Position numbers and translations under genes: made by a program. Below, one piece after another: positions 7,943 through 17,157 of a DNA stretch of 58,974 bases (position 1 is the first letter of the stretch; each line of letters opens with the position of its first letter). Where the stretch lies: positions 1 to 58,974 of the IMG/VR virus record IMGVR_UViG_3300045996_002045; one strand, 5' to 3'. The DNA is from a virus. Taxonomy: Duplodnaviria > Caudoviricetes. Under the pieces are notes generated by a model. It did not search any database and was not told the origin of the DNA. It was given only the letters and a program-made list of their open reading frames with translations.

Positions 7943-8784
7943 CCGACGACCGGAACCGCATCGTCGCCGGCATGGACGAGCTGGAGTACCACCGGCACCC
8001 CGCGCTGTCCGTGTCCGGCGCGAAGGGGCTGCTCCGGCCGTCGTGCCCGGCGCTGTTCCGCCATGCGCAGGACAACCCGCCGGAGTCGAAGCCGGCGTTC
8101 GACTACGGCACCGCCGCGCACAAGCTGCTGCTGGGCAGCGGGCCGAAGGTCGAGTGGTTCGACGCTCCCGACTGGCGGTCGAAGAAAGCGCAGGAGTGGG
8201 CCGCCGCGTGCCGGCTCGAGGGCATCGTCCCGCTGCTGAAGCACCAGTACGAGCAGATCGCCGACATGGTCGACGCGCTGCGGGCCCACGAGCTCGCCGC
8301 CGCGCTGTTCGAGGAGGGCACCGGCAACGCCGAGGTGTCCGCGTTCTGGCACGACCCCACGTTCGACGTGCACCGGCGCTGCCGCTTCGACTGGCTGCCG
8401 TTCACCGACGGCGGCCGGCTGATCATCCCGGACTACAAGACGTGCCAGTCAGCGTCGAAGCCGGCGATCGAGAAGACGATCGCCTCCTACCGCTACCACA
8501 TGCAGGCCGCCTGGTACGCCGACCTGGCCTTCGGCCTGGGCATCGCCGAGGAGGTCGTCTTCCTCTTCGTCTTCCAGGAGAAGCGGGCGCCGTACCTGGT
8601 GCACGTCGTCGAGGCCGATGCCGACGCCATGCGGATGGGCCGAGGGCTCAACGACCAGGCGCTGGAGACCTACGTCCAGTGCACCACCACGAACACCTGG
8701 CCCGGCTACGCGGACGACGTGACGCTGGTCAGCCTGCCCACCTGGGCGCACTACGAGTACCACGAGATCACGGAGGAAAACTGA
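7939..8784 (+). CDS. RecE-like PD-(D/E)XK exonuclease (DUF3799 type)
   Basis: YHRHPALSVSGAK...FDYGTAAH...EVSAFW...RCRFDW...DYKT...YHMQAAWY. Confidence 0.9.
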   Translation: MTDDRNRIVAGMDELEYHRHPALSVSGAKGLLRPSCPALFRHAQDNPPESKPAFDYGTAAHKLLLGSGPKVEWFDAPDWRSKKAQEWAAACRLEGIVPLLKHQYEQIADMVDALRAHELAAALFEEGTGNAEVSAFWHDPTFDVHRRCRFDWLPFTDGGRLIIPDYKTCQSASKPAIEKTIASYRYHMQAAWYADLAFGLGIAEEVVFLFVFQEKRAPYLVHVVEADADAMRMGRGLNDQALETYVQCTTTNTWPGYADDVTLVSLPTWAHYEYHEITEEN

Positions 8785-8786
8785 TC

Positions 8787-9701
8787 ATGTCTGGACCCCT
8801 GGAGCGCGCCGGTCGGCGCGCCGTTCCGCAGCCGAAGAGCATCGGCCAGGTCACCGCCGTCGAGCAGGCGCGCGCCGTGGCCGAGGTCGCGGCCGCCGTG
8901 CAGGTCGCGCAGCAGTTCCCCCGGGACCTGGAGCGGGTGCGCCGCGAGATGGCCGAGGCCTGCGCCTCCCACGACCTCGCTCGGCAGGCCTTCTACGCCG
9001 TCCCCAACCGGGGGGAGGGCCCCTCGGTCCACCTCGCCCGGGAGCTCGCCACCATCTGGGGCAACTTCCAGTCCGGCACCCACGAGCTGCACCGCGACGA
9101 CGAGGCCGGCCAGTCGGAGGTGCAGTCGTTCGCCTGGGACGTGCAGACCAACAGCCGGTCGAGCCGGACGTTCATCTCGCCGCACCAGAAGATGCGCGGC
9201 CAGAACCGCGTCGACCTCGTCGACCTGAACGACGTCTACCTGAACAACCAGAACGTGGGCGCCCGGGCGCTGCGGGAGTGCATCTTCGCGGCGCTGCCGA
9301 AGTGGTATCTGAACGAGGCCGAGCGGCTCTGTAGGGAGACGCTGGAGCGCGGCACCGGGGAGCCGGTGGAGCAGCGCGCGGCGAAGGCTGTCGCGGCGTT
9401 CGCGCGGCTCAACGTGACCGAGGCGCAGCTGACCGCCCGCGTCGGCCGGCCGGTCGCGCAGTGGACGCCGGAGGATCTCGCCAGCCTGGAGGTCGTCTTC
9501 ACCTCGCTGCAGCGCGGGGAGACCACCGTCGACGAGCAGTTCGACGTGCCCAAGCCGGCGGCGTCGGTCAGCGCGAAGGACATCGTCCGCACCGCCACCG
9601 ACGGCGCCTCCGCCGTCGACTCGGCGCGCGCCGACCTCGAGAAGGCGATCGTCGACGACGCGACCTCGGCCGGGAAGACGCTGGGGCGGGGTGAGCGGTG
9701 A
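8787..9701 (+). CDS. Probable single-strand annealing recombinase (RecT-like partner of RecE)
   Basis: Follows the exonuclease; AQQFPRD...FYAVP...GPSVHLARELA..WGN family. Confidence 0.65.
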   Translation: MSGPLERAGRRAVPQPKSIGQVTAVEQARAVAEVAAAVQVAQQFPRDLERVRREMAEACASHDLARQAFYAVPNRGEGPSVHLARELATIWGNFQSGTHELHRDDEAGQSEVQSFAWDVQTNSRSSRTFISPHQKMRGQNRVDLVDLNDVYLNNQNVGARALRECIFAALPKWYLNEAERLCRETLERGTGEPVEQRAAKAVAAFARLNVTEAQLTARVGRPVAQWTPEDLASLEVVFTSLQRGETTVDEQFDVPKPAASVSAKDIVRTATDGASAVDSARADLEKAIVDDATSAGKTLGRGER

Positions 9702-9820
9702 TGGTGCTGAACCGTCGTGACGAGCTGGACATCCGGGTTCGGTCGTTCTTCGCCGGCGGCGTGACCGGCTTCGTCGCCGGCGTACTGCTGATCATGCTCA
9801 CCATGAGCGACGTCTTCTGA
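9701..9820 (+). CDS. Small membrane peptide
   Basis: TGATG coupling; hydrophobic C-terminal half. Confidence 0.5.
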   Translation: MVLNRRDELDIRVRSFFAGGVTGFVAGVLLIMLTMSDVF

Positions 9821-9829
9821 GGGGGAGCC

Positions 9830-10039
9830 ATGACTACCGAAGCAAGCCGCCTGGCCAAGGGCTACGCGCTGGACTGCATCACGCGGGCGGAGACCGACGC
9901 ACAGGGGTCGCCGCCGGACCCGGACCGCGAGCTCCGCAAGGCGCAGGTGTACGCCACCCTGGCTGTCGCTGAGGCGCTCGAGGACCTGCCCGACGCCGTC
10001 GGTGCCGTCCGGAGCGCGCTGCTGGTGGACAAGTCGTGA
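9830..10039 (+). CDS. Hypothetical protein (AQVYATLAVA motif)
   Basis: GGGGAG RBS; common actinophage small protein. Confidence 0.65.
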   Translation: MTTEASRLAKGYALDCITRAETDAQGSPPDPDRELRKAQVYATLAVAEALEDLPDAVGAVRSALLVDKS

Positions 10040-10338
10040 GGGAGACCCTGGCCGGCGCGCTGCGGGGTGCGGCCAACCGGCTGTCCCCGCCGCCGCCGCC
10101 GCCCCGCCCCAAGGCGGCGATCACCGTCACCCGCAGCCGGCGGAAGGTGATCGACGGCATCGAGATGACCTTCGAGACACTGGACCACGACGAGCTCGCG
10201 CCGCCGCTGCGGAACTCGACCATGGGCGTGAACGACGAGCTCGACCTGTCCCATGACGTCAACGGCTGGACGCAGGAGGGGCTGACGTGCGTGGTGAGCC
10301 ACACCTTCCACGTGACGTGGGAGCAGGTGACCTCGTGA
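10036..10338 (+). CDS. Hypothetical protein
   Basis: GTGA overlaps at both ends. Confidence 0.6.
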   Translation: MRETLAGALRGAANRLSPPPPPPRPKAAITVTRSRRKVIDGIEMTFETLDHDELAPPLRNSTMGVNDELDLSHDVNGWTQEGLTCVVSHTFHVTWEQVTS

Positions 10339-10616
10339 CGGGCGCCAAGGTCGTCGTGGTGCCCGAGGACGAGGACGTGGGCGCCGCCGCGCTGGACGTC
10401 ACGAACGTCGTCCGGCAGCTCTGGAACACCCACCAGTGGTGCCTCGACAACGGCTACGGCGTGCCAGAGGACGTCGAGCCCGTCTTCGAGCAGTTCCGCG
10501 CCTTCGCGGGGCTGCCCACGCAGGCCGACTACGAGGAGGACAAGGCACGTCGACACCGCGAGCACGAAGCGTGGCTCGAGGAGATGCACCGCACCGACTG
10601 GGGAAGGCTCGGCTGA
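10335..10616 (+). CDS. Hypothetical protein
   Basis: Coupled overlaps; high GC3. Confidence 0.6.
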   Translation: MTGAKVVVVPEDEDVGAAALDVTNVVRQLWNTHQWCLDNGYGVPEDVEPVFEQFRAFAGLPTQADYEEDKARRHREHEAWLEEMHRTDWGRLG

Positions 10617-10882
10617 TGCCCGACGGAAAGCCAACGCCCGCCGAGGTCTATGCGATGGCGCGGGAGGCCGCACTGCTGGCCAGCGTCATGCGCAAGATCG
10701 TCACCGGCGCGCACCAGGTGACGCACCTGACCAACTACGAGGAGACGGTGCACTTCGTTTCGTTCACCGCGGAGCCGGTGCAGGTGTCGCAGGAGGAGTG
10801 GGACGCGCTGAACGCGCTCCCGGGGATGAACTATCCGAGCGACCCGCAGCCGGACCCGACGCTCGACGGGGGGGAGGGGTAG
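10616..10882 (+). CDS. Hypothetical protein
   Basis: TGATG coupling. Confidence 0.6.
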   Translation: MPDGKPTPAEVYAMAREAALLASVMRKIVTGAHQVTHLTNYEETVHFVSFTAEPVQVSQEEWDALNALPGMNYPSDPQPDPTLDGGEG

Positions 10883-11241
10883 TGGCCACCCATCGGGTGT
10901 CGCGGGGTCGCGCGACGCAGGAGATCCTGGCCAACCGGCTGCGGTTCCGGGGGCTGGTGCACGCCCAGTCGCGGGCGGCGTCGCTGCCCGGGGAGGACAT
11001 CACCGGCACGCCGGGGCTGTACATCGAGGTGAAGGCCACGGAGAACCCCGGGCCGATGAAGTGGACCCGGGAGAACGCCGCCAAGGCGGGGGCCGCGCTG
11101 CCGTTCGTGGTGTGGCGCGGCCGCGGGCAGGGGCCGGCGAACGTCGATGACTGGGTGGCGATGCTGCGCTGGGCCGACCTCGAGCAGCTGCTCAGTGAGG
11201 CGGGGTACTTCCCGGCCACACCGGAGGTCGACGCCGGGTAG
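10882..11241 (+). CDS. Holliday-junction resolvase (Hjc-like PD-(D/E)XK)
   Basis: RGRATQEILA...GEDITGTPGLYIEVKA...PFVVWR. Confidence 0.75.
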   Translation: MATHRVSRGRATQEILANRLRFRGLVHAQSRAASLPGEDITGTPGLYIEVKATENPGPMKWTRENAAKAGAALPFVVWRGRGQGPANVDDWVAMLRWADLEQLLSEAGYFPATPEVDAG

Positions 11242-11305
11242 TGCATGATCGGGTGCGAGGGGCCGGCAGAAGGGAAGCTGTCGGCCCCTCACCCATGCCC
11301 GGGGG

Positions 11306-11342
11306 TTGCGCGTGCGCTAGTGCTGTGCCATAGTCATTGGCA
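11306..11342 (+). promoter_or_regulatory. Promoter with palindrome TTGCGCGTGCGCTA (11306-11319)
   Basis: TTGCGC-17-CATAGT; adjacent TGCCA-N7-TGGCA. Confidence 0.6.
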
Positions 11343-11372
11343 CCCGAGTAGCACCACCCGAAAGGACACACC

Positions 11373-11555
11373 GTGGAGTTCGTCGCCTTCCTCGTTCAGG
11401 TCTTCCACTCCGTCTGGGCCGACCTCGTCGGCTTCGTCGGCGAGCGGCCCCTCGTCGCCAGCTCCGCCGCCGCCGGCTTCCTGCTGGTCGTCGGCCTCGG
11501 CGAGCTCCGCGCCTACCGCCGCGGTGAGCACCCCTACGCCGGGTCCGTCCGATGA
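11373..11555 (+). CDS. Small membrane protein
   Basis: AAAGGA RBS; TM helix. Confidence 0.6.
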   Translation: MEFVAFLVQVFHSVWADLVGFVGERPLVASSAAAGFLLVVGLGELRAYRRGEHPYAGSVR

Positions 11556-11668
11556 GCTACGCGCTCGCCGTCGGCGGCGTCGCGGTCGCCTACGTCGCCG
11601 GCAGCCTCGGCCTGTTCGCCGTCCTCATTCGCCTGCTGTCCCGGCAGGTCCACCCCGAGGAGAGCTGA
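11552..11668 (+). CDS. Small membrane peptide (MSYALAVGGVAVAYVAG...)
   Basis: ATGA and TGATG coupling. Confidence 0.5.
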   Translation: MSYALAVGGVAVAYVAGSLGLFAVLIRLLSRQVHPEES

Positions 11669-11781
11669 TGCACCGCCACAACCTCGTGATGTGCACCACC
11701 ACGAAGCTGACCCGAATCCTCTTCGTGCACCTCCTGCTCGCGCGCAACGTCGACGAGCTCCGCAAGCGGGGGCAGGCCTGA
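11668..11781 (+). CDS. Small hypothetical protein
   Basis: GAGGAG RBS; coupled on both sides. Confidence 0.45.
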   Translation: MHRHNLVMCTTTKLTRILFVHLLLARNVDELRKRGQA

Positions 11782-12182
11782 TGCCCGTCACCGTCGAGGA
11801 CGACCGGCCGCTGTGCCAGTGGGGGCAGTGCACGCACAGCCCCAACGCGCACGGCCGCGACCACTGCCACGCCTGCGACTGCGAGAAGCCCCCGCCCCCT
11901 CCCCCCACGCCGGCCCCCGGCGCCGGGCACGAGGACAGCTTCGACGAGCCGTTCGACGTCCTCGACATGGAGCTGTGCACCGCGTGCTCGGCCTACGTCC
12001 AGGACCGTGAGAAGCACGTCACGAAGCACGAGGAACAGCTCAACACCATGTCCAACCTGATGGCCGCCATCCGCGGCGTCGACCACCGCGTGGACACCCT
12101 CGTCGAGCGCCTCGAGCGCTTGCAGTCGCAGATCGGCGCGCTCGACCGAGCCGTCTCCCCCAAGCCCGAGAAGGACTTCTGA
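11781..12182 (+). CDS. Cys/His-rich protein with C-terminal coiled coil
   Basis: CTH...H...CHACDC and CTAC motifs; heptad repeats. Confidence 0.6.
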   Translation: MPVTVEDDRPLCQWGQCTHSPNAHGRDHCHACDCEKPPPPPPTPAPGAGHEDSFDEPFDVLDMELCTACSAYVQDREKHVTKHEEQLNTMSNLMAAIRGVDHRVDTLVERLERLQSQIGALDRAVSPKPEKDF

Positions 12183-12184
12183 CC

Positions 12185-12433
12185 ATGGCTGAGAACGTGC
12201 AACTGACCTTGTCGATCACCGTCGCCGAAGAGGGGCAGATCGCTACCGCGACGCGCATCCTCACCGACGCGCTGGTGCTCGTCGTGACGCAGGTCGATGA
12301 CCTGGTCGGCGCCAGCGTCTCCCTCTACCGCGACGACCTCCTCGAGCAGGAAGCCGAGGGGTCGCGTCTCGACGACGAGATCGCTCGCCGCGCCGTCGAC
12401 AAGGGTCGGCCGGACGCCGGGGACTCCCTGTGA
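12185..12433 (+). CDS. Hypothetical protein
   Basis: AAGGA RBS. Confidence 0.6.
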   Translation: MAENVQLTLSITVAEEGQIATATRILTDALVLVVTQVDDLVGASVSLYRDDLLEQEAEGSRLDDEIARRAVDKGRPDAGDSL

Positions 12434-13050
12434 GCGCCTACCGCGAAGACTCCGGGCCCTATCCGGTCGGCAGCTTCTTCCTCACCCGCATCAGTGGCCG
12501 CACCGGCTGGTGGGTCGGCATCATGCAGGCGATTGCCGGCATCCCGTCCCGCTGGACCCACGCCGGCATCATCGGCAGCGGCGGCCGCACGTACGAGGCG
12601 GGTCCCGGCGGCGTCTACATCGGCTCCCTGGCCGACCTGAAGGGCAAGCCGCACGTCGTTTCCGACGCCGTCGTCCGCCGGCAGCTGGCCGATGCGGACA
12701 TCCTCGACCGGATCGCCGCGCAGCACTTCGAGCGGGTCACCCGCTGTGACGCCGCCGACGAGGCGCACAACCACCTCGGCATCGGGTACAGCTTCCTCGA
12801 CTACCTGGCGTTGGCGCTGCTGCATCTCGAGGTGCTGCTCACCGGCCGGCCGTCCGGGCAGACGAAGTGGTGGATCACCCGCCGCATCCGGCAGCGCGTG
12901 CAGGACTCCGGGCACATGATTTGCAGCGCCTTCGTCGACCACTGGGCGTCGCACCTCGGGTTCGAGTTCTTCGACGACGACCGGCTCCCGGGCGACGTCA
13001 CCCCATCCGACCTGGACGCCTGGCTCGACGACCACGGGCGCGCGGCATGA
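12430..13050 (+). CDS. Permuted papain-like NlpC/P60-superfamily (YiiX/YebB-like) enzyme
   Basis: WTHAGII...EAGPGGV...GYSFLDY...MICSAFV (His before Cys). Confidence 0.7.
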   Translation: MSAYREDSGPYPVGSFFLTRISGRTGWWVGIMQAIAGIPSRWTHAGIIGSGGRTYEAGPGGVYIGSLADLKGKPHVVSDAVVRRQLADADILDRIAAQHFERVTRCDAADEAHNHLGIGYSFLDYLALALLHLEVLLTGRPSGQTKWWITRRIRQRVQDSGHMICSAFVDHWASHLGFEFFDDDRLPGDVTPSDLDAWLDDHGRAA

Positions 13051-13349
13051 GCTGGGAGATCGGCTACCGCTGCGACGGGCACCTCAACGGGCGCAAGTGC
13101 CGCACCGGCGCGACGCGGTTCGTCGACCTCACCGAGGCCGGCATGCGGGAGGTCAGCGCGCAGAGTCTCCGCGACGGCTTCCGGCCGCTGTCCACCGTGC
13201 TGTCCCCGGAGACGCACCTGCAGGTGCCCGGCGAGCTGCTCTGCAAGCGCACCGACCACGACGAAGAGCAACCCGGCTACGGGCCCGAGGATTGGGTGCG
13301 CATCGCCCCCGCGCAGCTGAAGCCGGGCGATGTCTGGCCGGAACCCTGA
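13047..13349 (+). CDS. Hypothetical protein
   Basis: Coupled overlaps. Confidence 0.55.
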   Translation: MSWEIGYRCDGHLNGRKCRTGATRFVDLTEAGMREVSAQSLRDGFRPLSTVLSPETHLQVPGELLCKRTDHDEEQPGYGPEDWVRIAPAQLKPGDVWPEP

Positions 13350-13501
13350 TGTTCACCTGCCCCATATGCGGGGAGGACGGGCTGCTCCACGGCGACGACT
13401 GCATCGTCCCGCTGGCCACGTTCCTCGTCGACCCGACCGTGCTGATCCCCGAGGTCATCTCCGGGGTGTGGGACGAACTGACCGCATCGGATGAGGAATG
13501 A
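13349..13501 (+). CDS. Small protein (CPICG...H..DC)
   Basis: TGATG coupling. Confidence 0.5.
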   Translation: MFTCPICGEDGLLHGDDCIVPLATFLVDPTVLIPEVISGVWDELTASDEE

Positions 13502-13550
13502 CCCCCGACGACCTGCAAGAGCTCGAGGACCGACAGGAAGGCATGAGGCA

Positions 13551-13856
13551 ATGAGCAACGACGTGATCCCCATGAGGCGGGGAGAGGCCTACATCACCCG
13601 CGAGACGTACGAGCAGCACGGCGCCGGGTACCTGCAGGATCTCTACCCGGACAGCTCGATCTTCGTCGACGGGGTGCCGCTCGACGTGCTCGAGGACGGG
13701 CTGCGCTGCGCCTGGTGCGACGGGGAGTACATCGAGTCCGACGGCCCCGAGTGGGAGGACTACGGCGGCTACGCCCACATGCAGGACTGCGGGGTGCTCG
13801 TCTTCGCCGACGCGCTGGTGGCCGCCGTCGAAGGCGACCTGGGGGTGGAGCTCTGA
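13551..13856 (+). CDS. Hypothetical acidic protein (CAWC...H..DC)
   Basis: GAGG RBS; coupled to the next gene. Confidence 0.6.
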   Translation: MSNDVIPMRRGEAYITRETYEQHGAGYLQDLYPDSSIFVDGVPLDVLEDGLRCAWCDGEYIESDGPEWEDYGGYAHMQDCGVLVFADALVAAVEGDLGVEL

Positions 13857-14656
13857 TGACCGCCCCGCCCATGATCCTGAAGGGTGCCGGTGGCGGGTGG
13901 GTCACCCTCGACCGCCGGCTGGACCGCGTCCCCTCGGAGACCCACGAGCACCTCGAGCGCTACCCGCTGGGCGCCGCCACGATGCCCACCAAGGCCACGA
14001 GCATGGTCGCCGGCACCAACTGGTACGCCGGGATGATGTACCCCCGGCTGCGGACCATCGGCGGCCGCAAGCGGTACGTGCTGGAGTCCGTCGACCTCGG
14101 CCGGCTCATCGGTGGGCACGCCACCTGCCTGCGGAACTGGAAGACCACCGACACCGCCGCCTGGTGGCGGTTCTACGACCAGGGCGTGGAAGGTCGGTGC
14201 GTCGAGTTCGCCATGCTGCGGATGCTCACCCACGCCAACCGCAAGCGCTACGACATCACCTCCCGTTGGCACTACTGGGAGGCGCAGCGGCGCGACGAGT
14301 GGACCGGCGGCTCCTACCCGGGCGCCAGCCCCCGCTACGAGGGCACCAGCGTCCGCGCAGGGCTCGAGGTGCTCCGCCAGCACGGCGCGCTGCCCGCGCT
14401 CGTCGGCGGGCGCGCCTACGCCCCGGGGAGGGACCTGGGGGCCCTGGTGAGCCCCGACGAGGGCATCGCCGCGTACCGGTGGGCGCGCACCTGGGACGAC
14501 GTCCGGACGGCGCTGGGCGTCCCCGACGACCTGCCCGGCGTGCCGCTGCTGAACTCGTGGGGGGCCGACTGGCCGCGGGAGGTGCTGCTGCTCGACCCGC
14601 TGGGAGAGCTGCTGCTCGACGAGGACGGCGAGTTCGGCGTGGTGGTCGACCGGTGA
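13856..14656 (+). CDS. Papain-family (C1A-like) cysteine peptidase with rearranged motif order
   Basis: YDQGVEGRCV, YEGTSVRAG, YRWA and LNSWG motifs; the GTNWY...GGHA segment lies N-terminal of the Cys motif. Confidence 0.75.
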   Translation: MTAPPMILKGAGGGWVTLDRRLDRVPSETHEHLERYPLGAATMPTKATSMVAGTNWYAGMMYPRLRTIGGRKRYVLESVDLGRLIGGHATCLRNWKTTDTAAWWRFYDQGVEGRCVEFAMLRMLTHANRKRYDITSRWHYWEAQRRDEWTGGSYPGASPRYEGTSVRAGLEVLRQHGALPALVGGRAYAPGRDLGALVSPDEGIAAYRWARTWDDVRTALGVPDDLPGVPLLNSWGADWPREVLLLDPLGELLLDEDGEFGVVVDR

Positions 14657-14841
14657 GGACCATCCGGCCGGCGAAGAGCCCTACCGAGGAGGTCGACAAG
14701 GCCATCCGGTGGGCCATGGACGACCTGCACGCCGCCCGCGCCGCGCACCAGCTGCGGCCGCACACCATGTCCGCCGAGGACGTCCAGCGCTACGAGGACG
14801 CCCTCAACGGGCTGCTGGAGTCCCGGAAGAGGTACACGTGA
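14653..14841 (+). CDS. Hypothetical protein
   Basis: Coupled overlaps. Confidence 0.55.
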   Translation: MRTIRPAKSPTEEVDKAIRWAMDDLHAARAAHQLRPHTMSAEDVQRYEDALNGLLESRKRYT

Positions 14842-15119
14842 TGGCCGAGCTCAAGGTCTGGCACATCGACTGGAACGACTACCTGGTGCGCGGCACCGAC
14901 GACGTCGCGCTGGCGCAGGCCGCGCTGCGGGACTACCTGCTCGAGCCGCCATCGGACTTCACCAGCAACGAAGAGGTGCAGCAGGCCATCGACCAGTGGA
15001 CGCCGCACGTCGGCTGGTACCGCTGCAACCCCTGTACCTGCGGTGACGAGCATCGCTTCGACATGTTGGAGGTGGACGGGCCGGCCCGCGGGAACTTCGT
15101 GGGAGTGTTCTTCACATGA
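14841..15119 (+). CDS. Hypothetical protein (WYRCNPCTCG)
   Basis: TGATG coupling. Confidence 0.6.
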   Translation: MAELKVWHIDWNDYLVRGTDDVALAQAALRDYLLEPPSDFTSNEEVQQAIDQWTPHVGWYRCNPCTCGDEHRFDMLEVDGPARGNFVGVFFT

Positions 15120-15610
15120 TCCACGGCTTGACGTTGGCCCAACTCGTCCCCGGTGCGCCTTATGCCACCGGGGACGATTGGTCTGTCACCACCTACACCG
15201 TGACCGACGGGGACACTGTCCGGGCGCACCTCGAGACGTGGGAGCAGGAGGGAGACCTCCCGGTGGCGGTCAACGGCGTGCTGCTGGACCGCTGGACGCG
15301 CATCACCCTCGACCCGGTCGTCTACCCGCGGGGGGCGTCCTGCCGGGCGCTCTACTACAACACCCCGGAGAAGGGGCAGCAGCTCCCGGAGCGCCTCCCG
15401 GACGGCCGTGCGGGCACCTGGGAGCAGGGTGGCCAGGATGTGCGCGCCTGGTTCGACATGTACTCTGAGCAGGGCATTCGCGCCGAGACGTGGACTCTGG
15501 AAGGCAACCTCGGCCGGCTGCTCGCTGACTTCTACGTCGAGGGCGACAGGGGTCGGACGCTGTCCCAGTACATGCTCCGCATCGGGTGGCCGCCGTACGT
15601 GAAGCGGTAG
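15116..15610 (+). CDS. Thermonuclease (SNase)-like protein
   Basis: VTDGDTV...NTPE...GRLLAD...TLSQYMLRIG. Confidence 0.65.
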   Translation: MIHGLTLAQLVPGAPYATGDDWSVTTYTVTDGDTVRAHLETWEQEGDLPVAVNGVLLDRWTRITLDPVVYPRGASCRALYYNTPEKGQQLPERLPDGRAGTWEQGGQDVRAWFDMYSEQGIRAETWTLEGNLGRLLADFYVEGDRGRTLSQYMLRIGWPPYVKR

Positions 15611-15615
15611 CGGGG

Positions 15616-15653
15616 TAGCGCAAGCGCAACCCATTGGCGTAAGGTCCATTGGC
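15616..15653 (+). promoter_or_regulatory. Promoter with palindrome TAGCGCAAGCGCAA (15616-15629)
   Basis: TAGCGC-18-TAAGGT-8-ATG. Confidence 0.55.
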
Positions 15654-15974
15654 ATGAACGAATCGCTCCCCGCCGTCCGGGCACCGACGCCCGTCGAGGG
15701 TGAGCTGCTCGGCGTTGACGGCACACCCGTCACCCGGGCGCCCACTTCCCCGGAGGTCCCCCATGGGCCCACGCACCGCCATGCCGTCTGCACAGCTGAG
15801 TACCGCGGCAGCTGGGCCCCCTGGACGGCGTTCTGCGGCGCCACCGTTCACCACGCCGGGGAGTTCCGCCGGCAGGACTTGCCGAAGTGTCCGGAGTGCC
15901 TGGCAGCGTCCACAGAGCATGCGCAGCACTGCACCTGCTGGAAGCTCTTCCCTGGAGCTCGCCTACCACGCTGA
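15654..15974 (+). CDS. Cys/His-rich hypothetical protein
   Basis: Leaderless-type start; HAVC...FCG...CPEC. Confidence 0.55.
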   Translation: MNESLPAVRAPTPVEGELLGVDGTPVTRAPTSPEVPHGPTHRHAVCTAEYRGSWAPWTAFCGATVHHAGEFRRQDLPKCPECLAASTEHAQHCTCWKLFPGARLPR

Positions 15975-16049
15975 GCACCTACTCGCGCGTACGACACACC
16001 CTCTGGCGTGTCTCGCGCGGACCCGCTTAGAGTCCCACCAGAGACGGGC

Positions 16050-16079
16050 GCGGCCCCGGGAGTGGCATCCCGGGGCCGC
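16050..16079 (+). other. Strong hairpin with GTGGCA loop upstream of the replication genes
   Basis: GCGGCCCCGGGA-GTGGCA-TCCCGGGGCCGC; no U-tract. Confidence 0.55.
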
Positions 16080-16141
16080 AGCGCCCCTCTCGACCGCACG
16101 ACCGTCCAAGCCCTGACACGACGAGAGAAGCTGAACCGATT

Positions 16142-16411
16142 ATGTCGCAATCCCCTGTCACAAGCGAGCCCTCGACTGCCGTCGAATGGCCGCAGGTCGG
16201 CAACGCCATGCGCGCGGAGGCCATCGCCGCCGACGATCAGTGGCTTCACATGCAGACCGACGTCGTTTCCCTCGGCATCAGCATGCACTGGTTTGGCTGG
16301 TCAGAGGGCTGCATGGTCTGCCACGGCCGTGACATGCACGTCTGCCCCCGCTGGACCCACGCGCAGAGCATCGCGCTGACGTGGCTCATGGGGAAGGCAG
16401 GGCTGGTCTGA
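16142..16411 (+). CDS. Hypothetical protein
   Basis: Coupled to the replication initiator gene. Confidence 0.55.
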   Translation: MSQSPVTSEPSTAVEWPQVGNAMRAEAIAADDQWLHMQTDVVSLGISMHWFGWSEGCMVCHGRDMHVCPRWTHAQSIALTWLMGKAGLV

Positions 16412-17157
16412 TGCCCTGGTTCAAGGTCGACGATCAGCTCGCGTTTCACCCCAAGGTGCTCGCCTGCCCGCCCACGTCGCTGGCTCTGTGGCTGCGCGCT
16501 GGCGCCTGGTGTGCCGGCCAACTGACAGACGGCCGCCTTCCCGCTGCCATGCTGTCGCCATTCGGCTGCCGCAGACGTGATGCCGAGAAGCTCGTCGAGG
16601 TCGGCCTGTGGGAGCACACCGAGGACGGGTATCGCTTCCGCAACTGGGAGGAGTACCAGCCGACGAAGGCGCAGGTCGAGGCCGAGCGGGCGAAGAACAA
16701 AGAGCGCCAGTCACGGTGGCGGAAGCGCGTTAGCGACGGCGATAGTAACGCCGTTACAGACGACGTGACTGACGCCGTTAGTGCGGATGCCCCGACCCGA
16801 CCCGACCCGACCACTAGTAAGGAAGAGACTTCGTCTCTTCCACCGCAGGCGCCGCCTGCGAAGCGGTCCACCCCCAAGGGGACCCGCCTGCCGGCGGATT
16901 GGAAGCCCTCGCCGGAGGACGTCACGGCCGCCGCTGAGTACGGCATCGCCGGTGCGGCGCTCACCCATGAGGCCGACAGCTTCCGCGACTACTGGACCGC
17001 GAAGGCCGGTAAGGACGCCGTCAAGATCGACTGGGCGGCCACCTGGCGCAACTGGGTGCGGCGCAACCGGGCCAAGGTCAACGGCAACGGCACCGTCCAC
17101 CCCCTCCGCCCCGGGCAGTCCCAGCAGGACCGCCGACTTCAGCCCTGGAACCTGTGA
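16411..17157 (+). CDS. Phage replication initiator protein
   Basis: MPWFKVDD..FHPK...GLW...WEEYQ...TRPDP...GTRLPADW...FRDYW...K.DWAATWRNWVRR. Confidence 0.8.
   Translation: MPWFKVDDQLAFHPKVLACPPTSLALWLRAGAWCAGQLTDGRLPAAMLSPFGCRRRDAEKLVEVGLWEHTEDGYRFRNWEEYQPTKAQVEAERAKNKERQSRWRKRVSDGDSNAVTDDVTDAVSADAPTRPDPTTSKEETSSLPPQAPPAKRSTPKGTRLPADWKPSPEDVTAAAEYGIAGAALTHEADSFRDYWTAKAGKDAVKIDWAATWRNWVRRNRAKVNGNGTVHPLRPGQSQQDRRLQPWNL

Noticed and set aside
7548-8786. N-terminal extension making a 717-aa ORF (likewise 47909-48658 and 3445-3630)
   Set aside because: Overlaps real genes in other frames; true starts are at 8787, 48659 and 3631
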